A stretch of 64,000 nucleotides of DNA, taken from Narcine bancroftii. Taxonomy: Eukaryota. Location: contig NC_091471.1 in NCBI RefSeq assembly GCF_036971445.1, positions 202,430,001 through 202,494,000 on the forward strand, in the 5' to 3' direction. The position numbers were made by a program, and so were the translations under genes. Positions 38,564-51,399 of this stretch are shown here, piece by piece. Each line of letters begins with the position of its first letter. Positions within the stretch are counted from its first letter, which is position 1. The notes under the pieces are model-generated. The model did not search any database, was not told the DNA's origin, and was given only the letters and a program-made list of their open reading frames with translations.

Positions 38564-38945
38564 TCAAGTCAAGTCACCTTTATTTATCATTCATACCATG
38601 TTTGCACAGTAAAAATGAGAAGGCGTTTCTCGAGGACCATGGAGCATATTTATATAAATATAAGTTAGAATAGAAGTTAAACACAATGAAATATTAAAAT
38701 ATTAAGACATATCCAGTAGAAGTCCATGATATATTATCCACCTATGTTCTAGGAATTCAGGAGCCTGATGGCTTGGGGGAACAAACTGTTGCCCAATCTG
38801 GACATAAGGACCCAAGTGCTAAGGGAGACCAGTTTATGTGAGGGGTGTGTGGGGTCCTTCACAATATTTAGTTCCTCTCGCCTGTATCGAGTGCTGTAGA
38901 TGTCCTTCATGGTAAGAAGAGAGGCCCTAATGGTCTTTTCTTGGT
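38564..38945 (-). mobile_element. Rex-Babar LINE 3' fragment nested in the Chapaev-like element
   Basis: (tcaag)n tail; ggagcctgatggcttgggg...aaactg resembles the 4331 and 52295 copies. Confidence 0.65.
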
Positions 38946-39929
38946 GGGCAATATACTAGTAGACTTAGAATCTGACAGAAAATCACAAAAATAGGTTGTA
39001 TCTAAAGAAAAATGTACGTGATAGAAAAAAAACTTAAGGTAATGTCATGATCAGCAGCCCAAAATCCATAAAAATCACCCAAAAGTGTTCAAGAAGAAAA
39101 ATTTTCATTGACCAGGGTTAGTTGTTAATTTTACAAATTCTAGATTATTAACTAAATTTAAATTTTACAGCAGTCATGTTTCTATGTGAAACACTACACT
39201 GCCCTCCAATAATCTATTGTACATTCTCACAAATGTCCCTGTAGCTGTGATCTCGAGATTTAAACTCAGGTCATTGGATTGCTAGGCCAGGGCCTGTATT
39301 GCTGGTCTTGTATTTTAACCACTACATAACTACCATACCCATGAATGGTATTAAGTAGCATTTTGCATCACTAACAGCTTCACAATTATGAAGATCTGCT
39401 GCATGTTCAGACTCCATCTCATTTAATATGCTTGAAGTATCACAGAGCAGTGTTATCGGGTTTCTATATGCAACTCTATTGCATCAAATTCAATGTAGCA
39501 TTACTCTAGTGATCTAATTACACATTTTCTCAACTGCTGGCATCCAGCCCTGCAGCTGCAATCTTGGCTGCCAGCCTTTTCACTCTTGAAGGGATATACC
39601 ACTACACAAGCAGTGCTCTGTATGCTAAAGGGGTGTGTTGCTAATTAATGAATGGATGTTGCGGTGGTGGGAAGGGTGAAGGATTGCTCACAGAGAGACT
39701 AACAGACCTGGTCAGAATGGAAAAGAATAATATCATGTACTATGTGTAAGGAGACTATATACAACAGCCAGACACTCTTGATGGGAGGATGCCAGGGAGG
39801 TCCATGTAAGAAGTAACACTAGATGAATGCAGACTATGAATGGCTGCATTTTAGGAAAGCCTACCATGCAAATAAATGCTGTGTCTGCTCTCCCTACTCC
39901 TGTGGCTGAAAAACAAAGTCCGTCTATGT

Positions 39930-41325
39930 TCCATTGTTTAGGAAAGGCTCTAGAACAATATGGGAAATTATAGGACTGTGAGTCTGACATCAGTGGTGGG
40001 TAGTAAAAACACGGAGATGCAGGAGGAACGGGTCTTATAGCTGGTCTTGTGGCATCCATTGGAGGTAGAGATAAACAGTAAAGCCCCTGTTATCTGGAAT
40101 TCAATCAAATCACAGAAATTAAATGGGTAAAAAATATTGAAGTTTAAAATCGTCATGTCTCATCATCAGTTCACCAATCCATACAACACGCATCTCAAGC
40201 AACTGGAAAATTCACTTATCTATCAGCAGTTTGACTGTAGTTCTGGCATTTTGGGCCTGAGCCTCAAGGTATAATAGTGGACAAGTTACTGAAAGCTATT
40301 CTAAGGCACCAGATGTTAAAGTATTTGGATAGACAGGGAGTGTCAACATGGCTTTGTGCATGGTAGGTCATGTCTAATAAATCTTATGGAGTTTGAGGTT
40401 ACCAGGAAAGTTGATGAAGGAGAGGCAGTGGATATTGTCTGCATGGATTTTACTAAGGTCTTTGACAAAGACCCACATGGGAGGTTGGTCAGGATTCAGG
40501 ACGAGGTGGCTGATTAGATATTGGCTTTGCAGGAGAATCCAGAGGTTGAAAATTGATGATTATGTCTCTAACTGGATGCCTGTGACCTCTGGTGTGCCTC
40601 AGTGGTCCATTCTGGGTCCATTGTTGATTGTCATCGATATCAACAATCTAAATGATAATGTAGTAAATTGGACACTAAGATTGGGGGCATAATGGACAGC
40701 TTCCATACCTTGCAGTGGGTTGTCAAGAGAGCTTTTAGCACATTGGTCTAAAAAAATTAAAGTATTAAGCATAGGAGTTGGGATGTTATTTTGAAGTTGT
40801 ATAAGGCATGGGTAAGGCCAAATTTGAAGTAATGAATGCAGTTTTGTTTGCGCATTTACAGGAAAGATATCGATAAGATTGAAAGATTTCAGAAAAAAAT
40901 TTAGAAGGATGATGCTGAGACTTGAAGAGCTGAGTTACAGGGAAAGATTGAATGTTTGGAATTCTTCCTTGGAGCACGGGAGAATGAAGAGAAATTTGAT
41001 AGAGGTTTTCGCAATTATGAGCGGAATAGACTTTTTCTACAAAAGTCAGGTGAGACAAGAATGAGAGGACATGGTTTCGGGTGAAGTGCAAAATGTTTAA
41101 GGGAAACATTGGGAGAAATTTCTTCACTCACAGAGTGGTAAGAGTGTATCAAAAGCTGGCAGCAGAAGTGGTTGATGCAGTTTCAAAAACTAAGAAAAAT
41201 TTGGATAGGTGCATGGAGAATGGAGGGCTATGTTCTGGATGCAGGAAAGTGGAATGAGATGGAAAAATACTTCAATGTGGACTGGATGGAATGAAGGGCC
41301 TATTTATGTGCTATAATATTTGATG
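39930..41325 (+). mobile_element. Decayed CR1 LINE RT/3' region
   Basis: NYRTVSLTSVVG; HGFVHGRSCL.NL; VTSGVPQWSILGPLL; FRRMMLRLEELSYRERL. Confidence 0.8.
40004..40272 (-). mobile_element. Penelope-type terminal repeat split by a short pogo/Tigger-like MITE (40076-40237), nested in CR1
   Basis: aaaaacacggagatgcagg... and ttttgggcctgagcctcaagg flank cagtaaagcccctgttatc...tttgactg, which is related to the 22255 element. Confidence 0.6.
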
Positions 41326-41904
41326 ATTTTTCTTTCCTTGAGTATGGAGTTTGGGAGACTTCCCTAATGTGGCAGCAAATGTCAAACTGTGAGATGTAGT
41401 GGAGAGCAGTGGCAACAATCTAAATAATTTAGAGGTTAGCAACCTGAGTGATTATGACAGGTAGTCTGGGCACATATTTAAGGACATCGAAGATCATAGA
41501 TTTCCATGAGGACAAAAAATCTCAAGGTTTAAGGGGAAAGGATAGGAGATGCTGTTTGTTCCATGAGTAGGCAAAGAGTGGGATGGCCAACAATATGGTT
41601 CAAGTTGTAATGGTGCTGGGAATAGTGGATTATGATTTGAAGATATGCATTAATAGTCCCCATTAATGCACACAAGAACCTTTAAACGACTTCCAAATGA
41701 TTTTCAGCCAGTAATGTACAGCTGCTTAAATTAACATCATTCTATGTGAAGGGAACAGGCTACTGGCTGACAGGAGAAATTGACAAAACAATACTTAATC
41801 TTGGAACAGATACATACATAACCAGAATGTCGAAGTTTTTGGATAGAGCAAATAAGGGAGCCTCATATGCATTGGTCAAAATATAAAGAAAATAGGATGA
41901 GGTT

Positions 41905-43164
41905 CCTTCCTTCCTTTGGCTTGGCTTCGCGGACAAAGATTTATGGAGGGGTAATGTCCACGTCAGCTGCAGGCTCGTTTGTGGCTGACAAGTCCGATGC
42001 GGGACAGGCAGATACAATTGCAGCGGTTGCAAGGGAAAATTGGTTGTTTGGGGTTGGGTGTTGGGTTTTTCCTCCTTTGTCTTTTGTCAGTGAGGTGGCT
42101 CTGTGGTCTTCTTCAAAGGAGGTTGCTGCCCGCTGAACTGTGAGGCGCCAAGATGCACGGTTTGAGGCGATATCAGCCCACTGGCGGTGGTCAATGTGGC
42201 AGCCACCAAGAGATTTCTTTAGGCAGTCCTTGTACCTCTTCTTTGGTGCACCTCTGTCTCGGTGGCCAGTGGAGAGCTCGCCATATAACACAATCTTGGG
42301 AAGGCGATGGTCCTCCATTCTGGAGACATGACCTACCCAGCGCAGTTGGATCTTCAGCAGCGTGGATTCGATGCTGTCAGCCTCTGCCATCTCGAGTACT
42401 TCGATGTTGGTGATGAAGTCGCTCCAATGAATGTTGAGGATGGAACGGAGACAACGCTGGTGGAAGCGTTCTAGGAGACGTAGGTGATGCCGGTAGAGGA
42501 CCCATGATTCGGAGCCGAACAGGTGTGTGGTTATGACAATGGCTCTGTATACGCTAATCTTTGTGAGGTTTTTCAGTTGGTTGTTTTTCCAGACTCTTTT
42601 GTGTAGTCTTCCAAAGGCGCTATTTGCCTTGGCGAGTCTGTTGTCTATCTCGTTGTCGATCCTAGCATCCGATGAAATGGTGCAGCAACTGCACGAAAAC
42701 CAACAAGGTCGGGTCAGATATAGCAATGAGCTCTCTGAACCCTTCTCCATTAACAATGGCGTGAAGCAAGGCTGCGTTCTCGCACCAACCTTCTTTGCAA
42801 TCTTCTTCAGCATGATGCTGAAACAAGCCATGAAAAACCTCAACAATGAAGATGCATCCGGTACCGCACGGATGGCAGTCTCTTCAATCTGAGGCGCCTG
42901 GAAGCTCACACCAAGACACAAGAGCAACTCGTCCGTGAACTACTCTTTGCAGACGATGCCGCTTTAGTTGCCCATTCAGAGCCAGCTCTTCAGCGCTTGA
43001 CGTCCTGTTTTGCGGAAACTGCCAAAATGTTTGGCCTGGAAGTCAGCCTGAAGAAAACTGTGGTCCTCCATCAGCCAGCTCCCCACCATGACTACCAGCC
43101 ACCCCCCCCCCCCCCCCACATCTCCATCGGGCACACAAAACTCAAAACGGTCAACCAGTTTACC
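41905..43164 (-). mobile_element. Young RTE-clade LINE with 5' inversion (minus 41905-42686; plus 42686-43164) and 12-bp TSD
   Basis: TSD taggatgaggtt at 41893-41904 and 43165-43176. Plus part has GVKQGCVLAPT and ELLFADDAAL; minus part is the same 3' region as 10815. Confidence 0.95.
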
Positions 43165-45132
43165 TAGGATGAGGTTAATTGGGCTACATCAAAAATCCAA
43201 CCACAATGACAGTGAGAGAGTTGTAAGAAGTCTAAGTTGGTCCAGGCACTGAACCAGACATCAGATACAGCAAAATGCCCTTCTATTTTGCACATTGTGA
43301 TATTATAAAGGGGTCCTGTGTCTCCAACCCCAGGATGAAATTAAGGGAAGCTACAGATTTGGAGTATTTGTGAATCCAGAGAGCTACCTCTGACAATACT
43401 GTTGTAAAAAACCTGGGTTCTGTCCTCAGAAATGTATGGAAGATTGATGTGAACTATCTTGTTTAGATATTCAAGATGCTATGTCACTAGGATTTATAAA
43501 TGTGTAATCCAATGGAACCATTTGTTCACATCCAAAATACCAAGGTAAACTCTGCATTGTGGAGATGGATTGCCTTTGGTACCTAAAAGAATAAATCTTT
43601 GATGTATCTTGATTTTCAGGAGACTTTTCCACTGGGTCTCTCCCGCATGCTTGCTTGTGCTAATAAATGCATATCACTTAACAGCTCCAAACTCTCGGTG
43701 GCTCTTTCAATTACAACACGAGGAGGTCTTTGTGAAAAGGCAGGACCACAGGAAGCACCTCCCCCTCCCTCCTCCCCAGAGAAAGTCAGAATTCTGAAGC
43801 GCTTAGGGTTCACTGAGGTAAATTGCCCCCTGAGATAGTGGATGAAATTATATTAAATAAGAAGGAAGTACGTTAAAAGTTTTTTAAAAAATCAGAATCT
43901 CTCAGTAACCAGTTTGTGGCATTTGATCATTAAATATAAAAGAAAACAACTCAACTCCTTCAGAATGAAACCTGAAAGCTAAATGCTTTCAAAAAGCTTG
44001 TGGTTCACACTTCCTACTCCTATAATCCAGGATGTTGAACACGTTTCCTCCTGCCTTTCAATTATTTATTTACTTCAATTATTTACATTCATTTTGTAGT
44101 ATTTAAATGTTTAACAATCAGAGAGTGGAGAGGGTCAGCTCATGCATCCTCCCACCCATAGAGCAACAGTGGGCAGGTGGTCATTGAATTAGTTCTGGTG
44201 AGTGCTGGCAGCAAGCCACATCACAGCGCCATGACCTTTATGATCACAGCACAGCTCTCACTGATAGTCAACAGTATCCAGGATCCGAAAATAAGTCATG
44301 AGCCACGTCTGAAGTGGATATGGCTTTTCACTCAATGGCCAGTCTGTAACCTGACGATTAAAAGCAGTAGAATAAATAAACCATGACAGCTGAGAATGGG
44401 CACAGAGCTGTATTGTTCACTATCTATGGTTGTAAACAAGCTGGGTGTTGAGTGAGTGGGATTACTTTCTATTCAGAAATGTACCCGTTTGGTAAGGAAG
44501 AGAGGAAGAATTGAACTCTGGAGATGGTTCTCTTTTCTCTCAGAAGGTCATGAATCCTGCTTTCCTCTTTCCACGGGAAAACATGTAGCTTTTCCTTCTA
44601 CCACAAAGAGTTACATTGATTTCTCTGATACTACATTGGGCCTCCAAATGGGGTTAATGCCATTAGCTGCTTATTGGACCAATCCAGACTGCCACACGCC
44701 ATGCTTCCCATGCACTGGCTTCTGGCATCAATTGTGGCTACAACATTAATCAAAGCTCAGTGAAAGCCTCCCTGACGATTTGAATCACCAACACCTGACA
44801 GGTTGATCCTTATTGAATCTCACATTGGAGAAGTACCTGCTGTGTAAAGTCCTCCTCTGGTGCCTTTTCATCTTTTGTCTGTCAGCTATTCCTACTTCTT
44901 CCCTAATCCTCGCTGAAATTCCTAGTATTCCAACATCAAAAGCAGCCCCACTAGACCACCCAGGACCACAATAGAACTGTTGAGAAAGCAGCCAAAAACA
45001 GAGAAGCACAAGCAGAAACTTATTTTCAGATGTTAGAATTAAGTTTTGCAGTCATATGTTAACTAGCCGGCTTAAATGGCAAAGCAGCAATTCACCTGCA
45101 TTTTTCGATTTTGTAAGCCTTCAAGAAGTATT

Positions 45133-45217
45133 CTTTGGCTTGGCTTCGTGGACGAAGATTTATGGAGGGGGTAAAAGTCCACGTCAGCTGCAGGCTCGTT
45201 TGTGGCTGACAACCAAA
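45133..45217 (-). mobile_element. ~85-bp RTE 3' terminal insertion with 11-bp TSD
   Basis: TSD caagaagtatt at 45122-45132 and 45218-45228. Confidence 0.9.
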
Positions 45218-45314
45218 CAAGAAGTATTACATGGTAGGATAAGTGGCTTACTCCTGCTCCAATGTGTATGCAGCAGTGCTTAAGAGTCATTCATTAGATG
45301 AACACCATACCATT

Positions 45315-45897
45315 TCATAGAGTCATTACAACAGCACCAAAACAGGCCCCTTTGGCCCATTGTCTACATTGACCATCAGCCATTTAAATGCTGTAATCCT
45401 ACATTAATCCCATTCTTTTATTCTCCCTGCATTCTCATAATCTTTCCTCAGATTCATTCATGTACGTACACAGGTGGGACAGTTTATAGTGGTCAATGAA
45501 CCAACCAACCAGCATGCAATACACAAATATATTCAGAAACACACCAGTTCATGCAGCGTCCATTGGAAGAAAAGGGCAACCAAAGTTTCAGGGTTGGATC
45601 TTTAATCAGGCATATGACATCAAAGACTTGAAGTCCCCAGGCCCAAATTCTTGGTTACTCTTTACTTCCTTTGGATGTTGTGTGACCTGCTCAGTTTCTC
45701 AGTATATTTGAGCATTGCATTTGACCGCAGAATCTGCAGCCTTTCTTGTTTAACTATTAATCAGCATGTCTTTGTGATGAGGGGGGAAACACGAAGCCCA
45801 AGCAGTCACAGCATTAACATACAAGTGCTGCACAGAGAGCACCCAAAGTGAAGGTTAAACTCCATGAGGCAGTGGCTCTACTAGCTGCACCACTGAG
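45315..45897 (-). mobile_element. tRNA-derived SINE split by an inverted pair of Penelope-type termini (~45515-45755)
   Basis: SINE-like tail, body and head flank an inverted terminal-repeat pair. Confidence 0.5.
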
Positions 45898-46289
45898 TGC
45901 ATCATATTTTAATCAATCATTTAAATAGCTGTGGCATGCACTGGATGCAATGGAGAAGACCAAACCAAAATCCAGATTAAATGAATATGCATGCCTCTTT
46001 GAAAATGTTAGCAAATGAAAATTCAAGAACAAATATTTATCCTGTTTGTTTTATGTTCATGTATCCTAATGTGGGACCTGCAAGATATTTTCTATCTATT
46101 TGAATGCATCTTTTAATTACAACAGATTTGAATGGATTTGATGAAGGGATCTTGGAATTACATTTTCTCAGAAATTTGCCTTCAGTTGGCTTGCACATTT
46201 TGTACCATAGGATAGAAGCTGTGAACAAATGGCATGACTAAAATTCAGAGCCACTGAACTCAATGGAATGTCGGAAAGAGAACCTAAGG

Positions 46290-47395
46290 AAACTACACAT
46301 GCAAATAAATGGGTTAAGAGTGTGGTCAAAAATCTGGCAAATGGAGCTTATAATTTGGGAAGAAAAGAAATTGTCCATTTTGGCAGGACAAGTAAAAGGA
46401 AGCATGTTATGTAAGTGATTGCAGAGCTCTGGCTATCCTGGTGCTTGACTTGCAAAGGGCTAGCACAGTGTTCTTAACCTTTTTCTTTCCACTCACATAT
46501 CACTTTAAGTAACCCCTATGCCATCGGTGCTCTCTGATTAGTAAGGGATTGCTTAAGATGAGTGGAAAGAAAAGGTTGAGAACCATTGGGAAGAGAAATA
46601 TTTTGCTTGAGAAAAATTGTCATTGGTCCATTTCCTTTGGAGTTATGAAACCATGCACATAATGAGTCAATTAGGTATGATTAAATCAGTGGCTTTCAAA
46701 CTTTTTCTTTCCACCCACATACCACCTTAAGCAATCCCTTACTAATCGCAGAGCACCTATGGCATAGGGAATACTTAAAGTGAGTGGAAAGAAAAGGTTG
46801 AGAACCATCGGGGAAGCATTTAGTCACAGAAAGTCGGGAAGATATTGTTTATTGCTCGGGAAATTAAATGCAAATCTAGAGACTTTGGTTATATCACATA
46901 CTAGTGAGACCTTATTGGGATACTTGCGAACAGAATTGATCATTTTATCCAAGAAAAGATGTTAATGTACTGAAAATAGTTCAGAGAGGCCTTGCTAAAT
47001 TAACATGGAGTGGGTAGGTTGTCTTTGGAGGATAAATTGGATGGGGAAGGCATGGAATTTAGAAGAAGATAGGATGATTAATGGTTCTGAAGGAGTAAGA
47101 CAGGATGGGTTTGAAGAGAATGTTTAAGAGAGAATCTGGAACTGGGATCACCATTTAAAAAAGCAAGAGGTGAGTCATTTAACACAGAGATTAAATATTT
47201 TAGACCGTCATGAGCCCTTGGACCTCTTCCTCAAATATGGTGGAAGCAGAAACTTCTAATTATATTTAAGGTATAAGCAGGTAGATCCTAGATAAGAAAG
47301 GAGTAAAAGTTAGCCCAGATAGAAGGGGAATGTGATTCAGAAATTACAATCAGACAGCCATGATCATATTAAATGGCAAAGCAAGCCCAAAAAGA
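46290..47395 (+). mobile_element. Old CR1 LINE 3' region
   Basis: W.KIWQMEL......VHFG-like coding and CR1-type 3' UTR. Confidence 0.6.
46466..46810. mobile_element. Composite hAT-like MITE (two inverted TIR-bounded units)
   Basis: cagtg(g)ttct.aacc TIRs at four positions; imperfect 8-bp TSD ggctagca/gggaagca. Confidence 0.7.
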
Positions 47396-50300
47396 CAAAT
47401 AAGCCAAATTAGTATTCACATGTTTGTATGTTAATAGAACTGAACTTTAGAAGCAGAGTACCACAAGTGGCCACCACATACTCTGCAGTTAACACCAGTA
47501 TCCATGGACAAGTTTCGAAATGGTTTTTGACACTGACAAATTTTACTTCTCACAGCATTTGCCAAGAAAAATGAAAATATGTTTTTGCCACAAGAACCTA
47601 TTACTTACATTATTTTTTATACGTGTCTTATTATTGGATTCTCCAAAAATTGTATAAAACCTAAGAGATGTAGAAGTTGGTGCAAATTTCAGTATAATTT
47701 TAGTTAATGCAACTCCATGAATTTCCACAAATAACCTTGCAGTGATATATGTGGACAGCTGTAAATTCTTCAGTAGCCAACTGTTTTAGCTGAATAACTG
47801 AGAGGACCCAAAGTCATTTTATGCAGATATACCCAACCATTATAATAGTTTGACTGCCCTAAATTAATAATGTATTGAGACACATTTTAATTCCAGGAAG
47901 AGTCAACAGATTCTCTGCAAAAAATCAAATAAGTACAGGACTTACACTAACCTGGCAATGCCCTTGACATGTTTTAATCCCATACTCTAGTTTCTAATTC
48001 ATGAAATACGAAGTGATACTAATCACTATATAAATTACAAAGTTCCATTTTGAATAGAACCATGAACAGGCAACACAAAAATAGAAGACATATTAGTTTT
48101 TAGTTGTACAAGCTGATCAATTGCTGTTTTTTCTTTCTCTCAATGTGGATGTTATTAACTGATCAGGCAGCATGACTTGACAAAATTTGACTGAGTCCAA
48201 ACAAATTATTGTAACCTTATACAGATCATTGGTGAGGCCACAGTTAAAACCTGTGTGCAATTTTGGGCGCCTAGCCTTTAAGGGAACATTATAAACAACA
48301 AACAAAGCTCTGGCAGTAACCTGCCACCACTCTTCAACCCAAGATGTTGCAAATCCCCAGATTTAATGCCACAAGCAGCCTTCCAGTCATGCCTGGTTTC
48401 ATTTGATGTTTGTTCAGTGTAGATCCATTTGCCACCAACATTGCAATTACTCTGGCTTTAATTCATCGTTGTGCCCCCTCTCATTGACATCATTAAGCAT
48501 CTTTACATGCCTCTAGTAAACTTTCCAACTCCCACTCACAATAATGTGCCATCAAAAACACTTTATAATGCATGAAAAATAAACTCCATTCCCATTGCCC
48601 AAATAAACACTTGTGGCCGAGGTAGAAAACTCAATCACAAACTGTTAAATATAGAATTGAGAGGTAGATCTGCAAATCTGAAAATTTCATAAAGTATATA
48701 ATTAACATTCTTCAGTAATGTGAATGACTAAATGCTTTAGTTAGTCAGCCCCCCAAAATATACACTTATGAATAACTTCTATGTTCAACATTCTGCAGTG
48801 AAAATCCAATGGAGGTGTTACAGACTTTGAAAAACATGATGATAATGAACAGCAACATATTCAGGCACATAAGGTAGAAATAGTTTCCTACCTTATCCCA
48901 GCTCCAGAGTTGACTCAGCTTGAATTAGACATTGCAAAAACTACATGTCAAGAGAGGGCCTTGCTGTTAATCTAAAACTCTATCTATTTGTATTATGAGC
49001 AATTTAATCAGAACTTCTAAACCATTTATTCAGTGCTGGAAATGTAAAATTCTCAATCACCAATTCAATGAGGCTGACGTGATCAGATGGAAATTCAACA
49101 TTTCTACCTGCTTGTGTTCACTGTCCCATTCAGCGCTTCAGAATATTTCCTGGAGAGGATAGTGTGTCTCATTCAGGCAGTAAGCGAGAAGTAGGCAAAA
49201 ATCATCGGCACCCCATAAGCATCGACAAGATTGGAAGAAAGATTTATGCTTTACAGAATCTTCCAGTAGCATTGCAAAACAAATAGAAGATAAAGATTTC
49301 TGCTTCCAAATTGACTGACAACCAGTTTCAGATTTGCTACTCATCCATTCAGAGCCCTTATGAAACATTCTAAATTATTCATCACATTTCACACATATCT
49401 ACTTTTTTTGTAATAAAGCTATGTGGAACATGAGAATCCTTGCCATGCTCACGACTTCCAAGGTCACATGTTAAACTATCGTAAGGGCACTCATTGGTAC
49501 CTTTTCCAAATTGGTTTTAAATGCCAATACCAATCATGCTTTCTTAACAATCATTGAATCGGAGATGTAATCCACAACTCACTCGGTAGAAGTTGGAGCA
49601 TGTTATATTGGTTAGTTCTTATTGTTTAAAGGGAACCTTTACTGATGTTAGTCAAACTGACTGCAGGCCATTCAAACTTCTTCCAAAGACTATTCTAACT
49701 AGCGGGGAATGCTTTCTCTAGCATTTACCTGGTTAGATTCCTATGCTGGCAATAAATTATCCCTGGGGGTGTCATTATGGCCATGACAAGTCACTTAGCT
49801 TTGGATGGAGATCTTAAAGCAGGAGCAAAGATGTGCCCATCTGTGAACAGGCATCTCACGTGGAGTCTTTAGAGACATTAAGGTACATTACAGCCATTGA
49901 ACAACACATTTGCAGGATCATGTTCTCCAAGGCTGTCCCTTCTGAGATGTGCGGAATGTTGATTGAAGACAGTTAGTCATATTTATGCCCAGACTCCTGT
50001 CTTTGGAGATTAAAATAAAAACTGACAATATCCATACTACTAGATTTTTCCACACAACCACATAGAATCATACAGCATGGAACAAGCCCTTCAGCCCAAT
50101 TCATTCATGCCAGCCAAAATAGCATTCTGGGCTAGTCCCATTTGCTTGCATTTAGTCCAGATCCATTCGAACCATTCCCATTCATATATCTGTCCAAATG
50201 CCTTTTGAATGTCTTAATTGTATTCAATTGTTTCTCAATTTGCTGCACATCATTGCATCAGGGAGCCCATATAGGTTCAGCACTCATGAATGAACTCTCT

Positions 50301-50859
50301 TGACTGCATTTCAGTAAGATGAAAGTGGCATCTTGGGTGTTGGCATTTGCCAGCTTCAAATGTGTGCAGACTAGCTGTCACAGAACACCAGAAGATTTAC
50401 TTCATGTTGAATGTTCTATTTCTCACAAGCACACATCAATCCTTCACCATGAGGGAGTGAATATTGCTGGACAATTTCAGCCTAAAGGAGGGGTCCTGGA
50501 AGGCAACATTTACCTTCTGTTTCTTTGCAGCTCCACCCAATGTGCTCTCGCCAATGGCAAATAATCAAAGCAAAGATCTGAGAGCCAGCGAATGACAAAT
50601 ATTTGTGGAAAGTATCATTTGCTGCTTGCATCTGTTCGGGTACCACTGAAAGTAGCCACAAGCCATTGTGATGGCTTCATCATCAAGTGTTGTGCAATAT
50701 GCAATCTTATTAAGAGAAATTGGCATATGATGACCAGAGAAGTCCAGGAGACCAGGAAACTCAGGGTCATGAGGTGGAGCCTGGAGGTGAGCAGAGACAC
50801 GAGGACAGGAGAAAGGAGACTTGCCAGAGTCCTTGCTAAGCATCTGGAATGTGCTCCTA

Positions 50860-51030
50860 GCTGAAGTGGTGACTTCAGGATCAATTTTGATATTTAAGAA
50901 AAATTTGGATGGGTATGTGAATGGAAGGGATATGGAGGGCTTTGGTCCATGTGCAGAATAATAGTTTGGCACAGACTAAATGGGCTGAATAGCCTGTTTC
51001 TGTACTATTGTGTTCTATGGTTCTATGCAG
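50860..51030 (+). mobile_element. CR1 3' tail
   Basis: atttaagaaaaatttggatgggtatgtg...gggctgaatagcctgtttctgtac...ttctatggttctatg. Confidence 0.7.
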
Positions 51031-51399
51031 TTTCATCTCCCAGCTGATAAGAAGAAGCTGGCATTGTCTGAATAGGATATAACTGATCCCTTCACAAAGT
51101 GTTGCTGTCCGTAATGAGCCTACAAAATTGGACACCACATCAAAAAATACATTAACACTCTTCATTGGTTATCAACAATATTGCACAGCATTAATTGGAT
51201 AGGGGAATCCAGATGATACAAAATAATCCCTCATATGATGATCTGCAGATTAATGAGAGAGGCCGTAGGACTAATACCATTGTGAGATCAGGAGCTAGCA
51301 TAGATCTGATATACCAAATGACACCTTCTCAACTGTATGGCTCTGTTCCAACACTGGCATTGATCTATCAAGATTGGAAATTACTCAAGTATGGCCTTT

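Larger units (their letters stand above)
33453..39117 (-). mobile_element. Non-autonomous Chapaev3(CMC)-like DNA transposon split by three nested insertions
   Basis: Joined pieces encode KCNLSFKIHFLHSHLDFFPADLGAVSDEHG|EKFHQDIATMEKQYQGNWN..ML.DYCW. Decayed cactggacaa TIRs; tta/tta flanks. Colinear with the copy at 62751. Confidence 0.75.

Noticed and set aside
41941-42927. 328-aa intact gene
   Set aside because: It is a fusion of antisense and sense RTE sequence across the inversion junction at ~42686.
47400-50050. Hidden gene in the long AT-rich, repeat-poor stretch
   Set aside because: Only short ORFs without recognisable motifs or a consistent splice structure.
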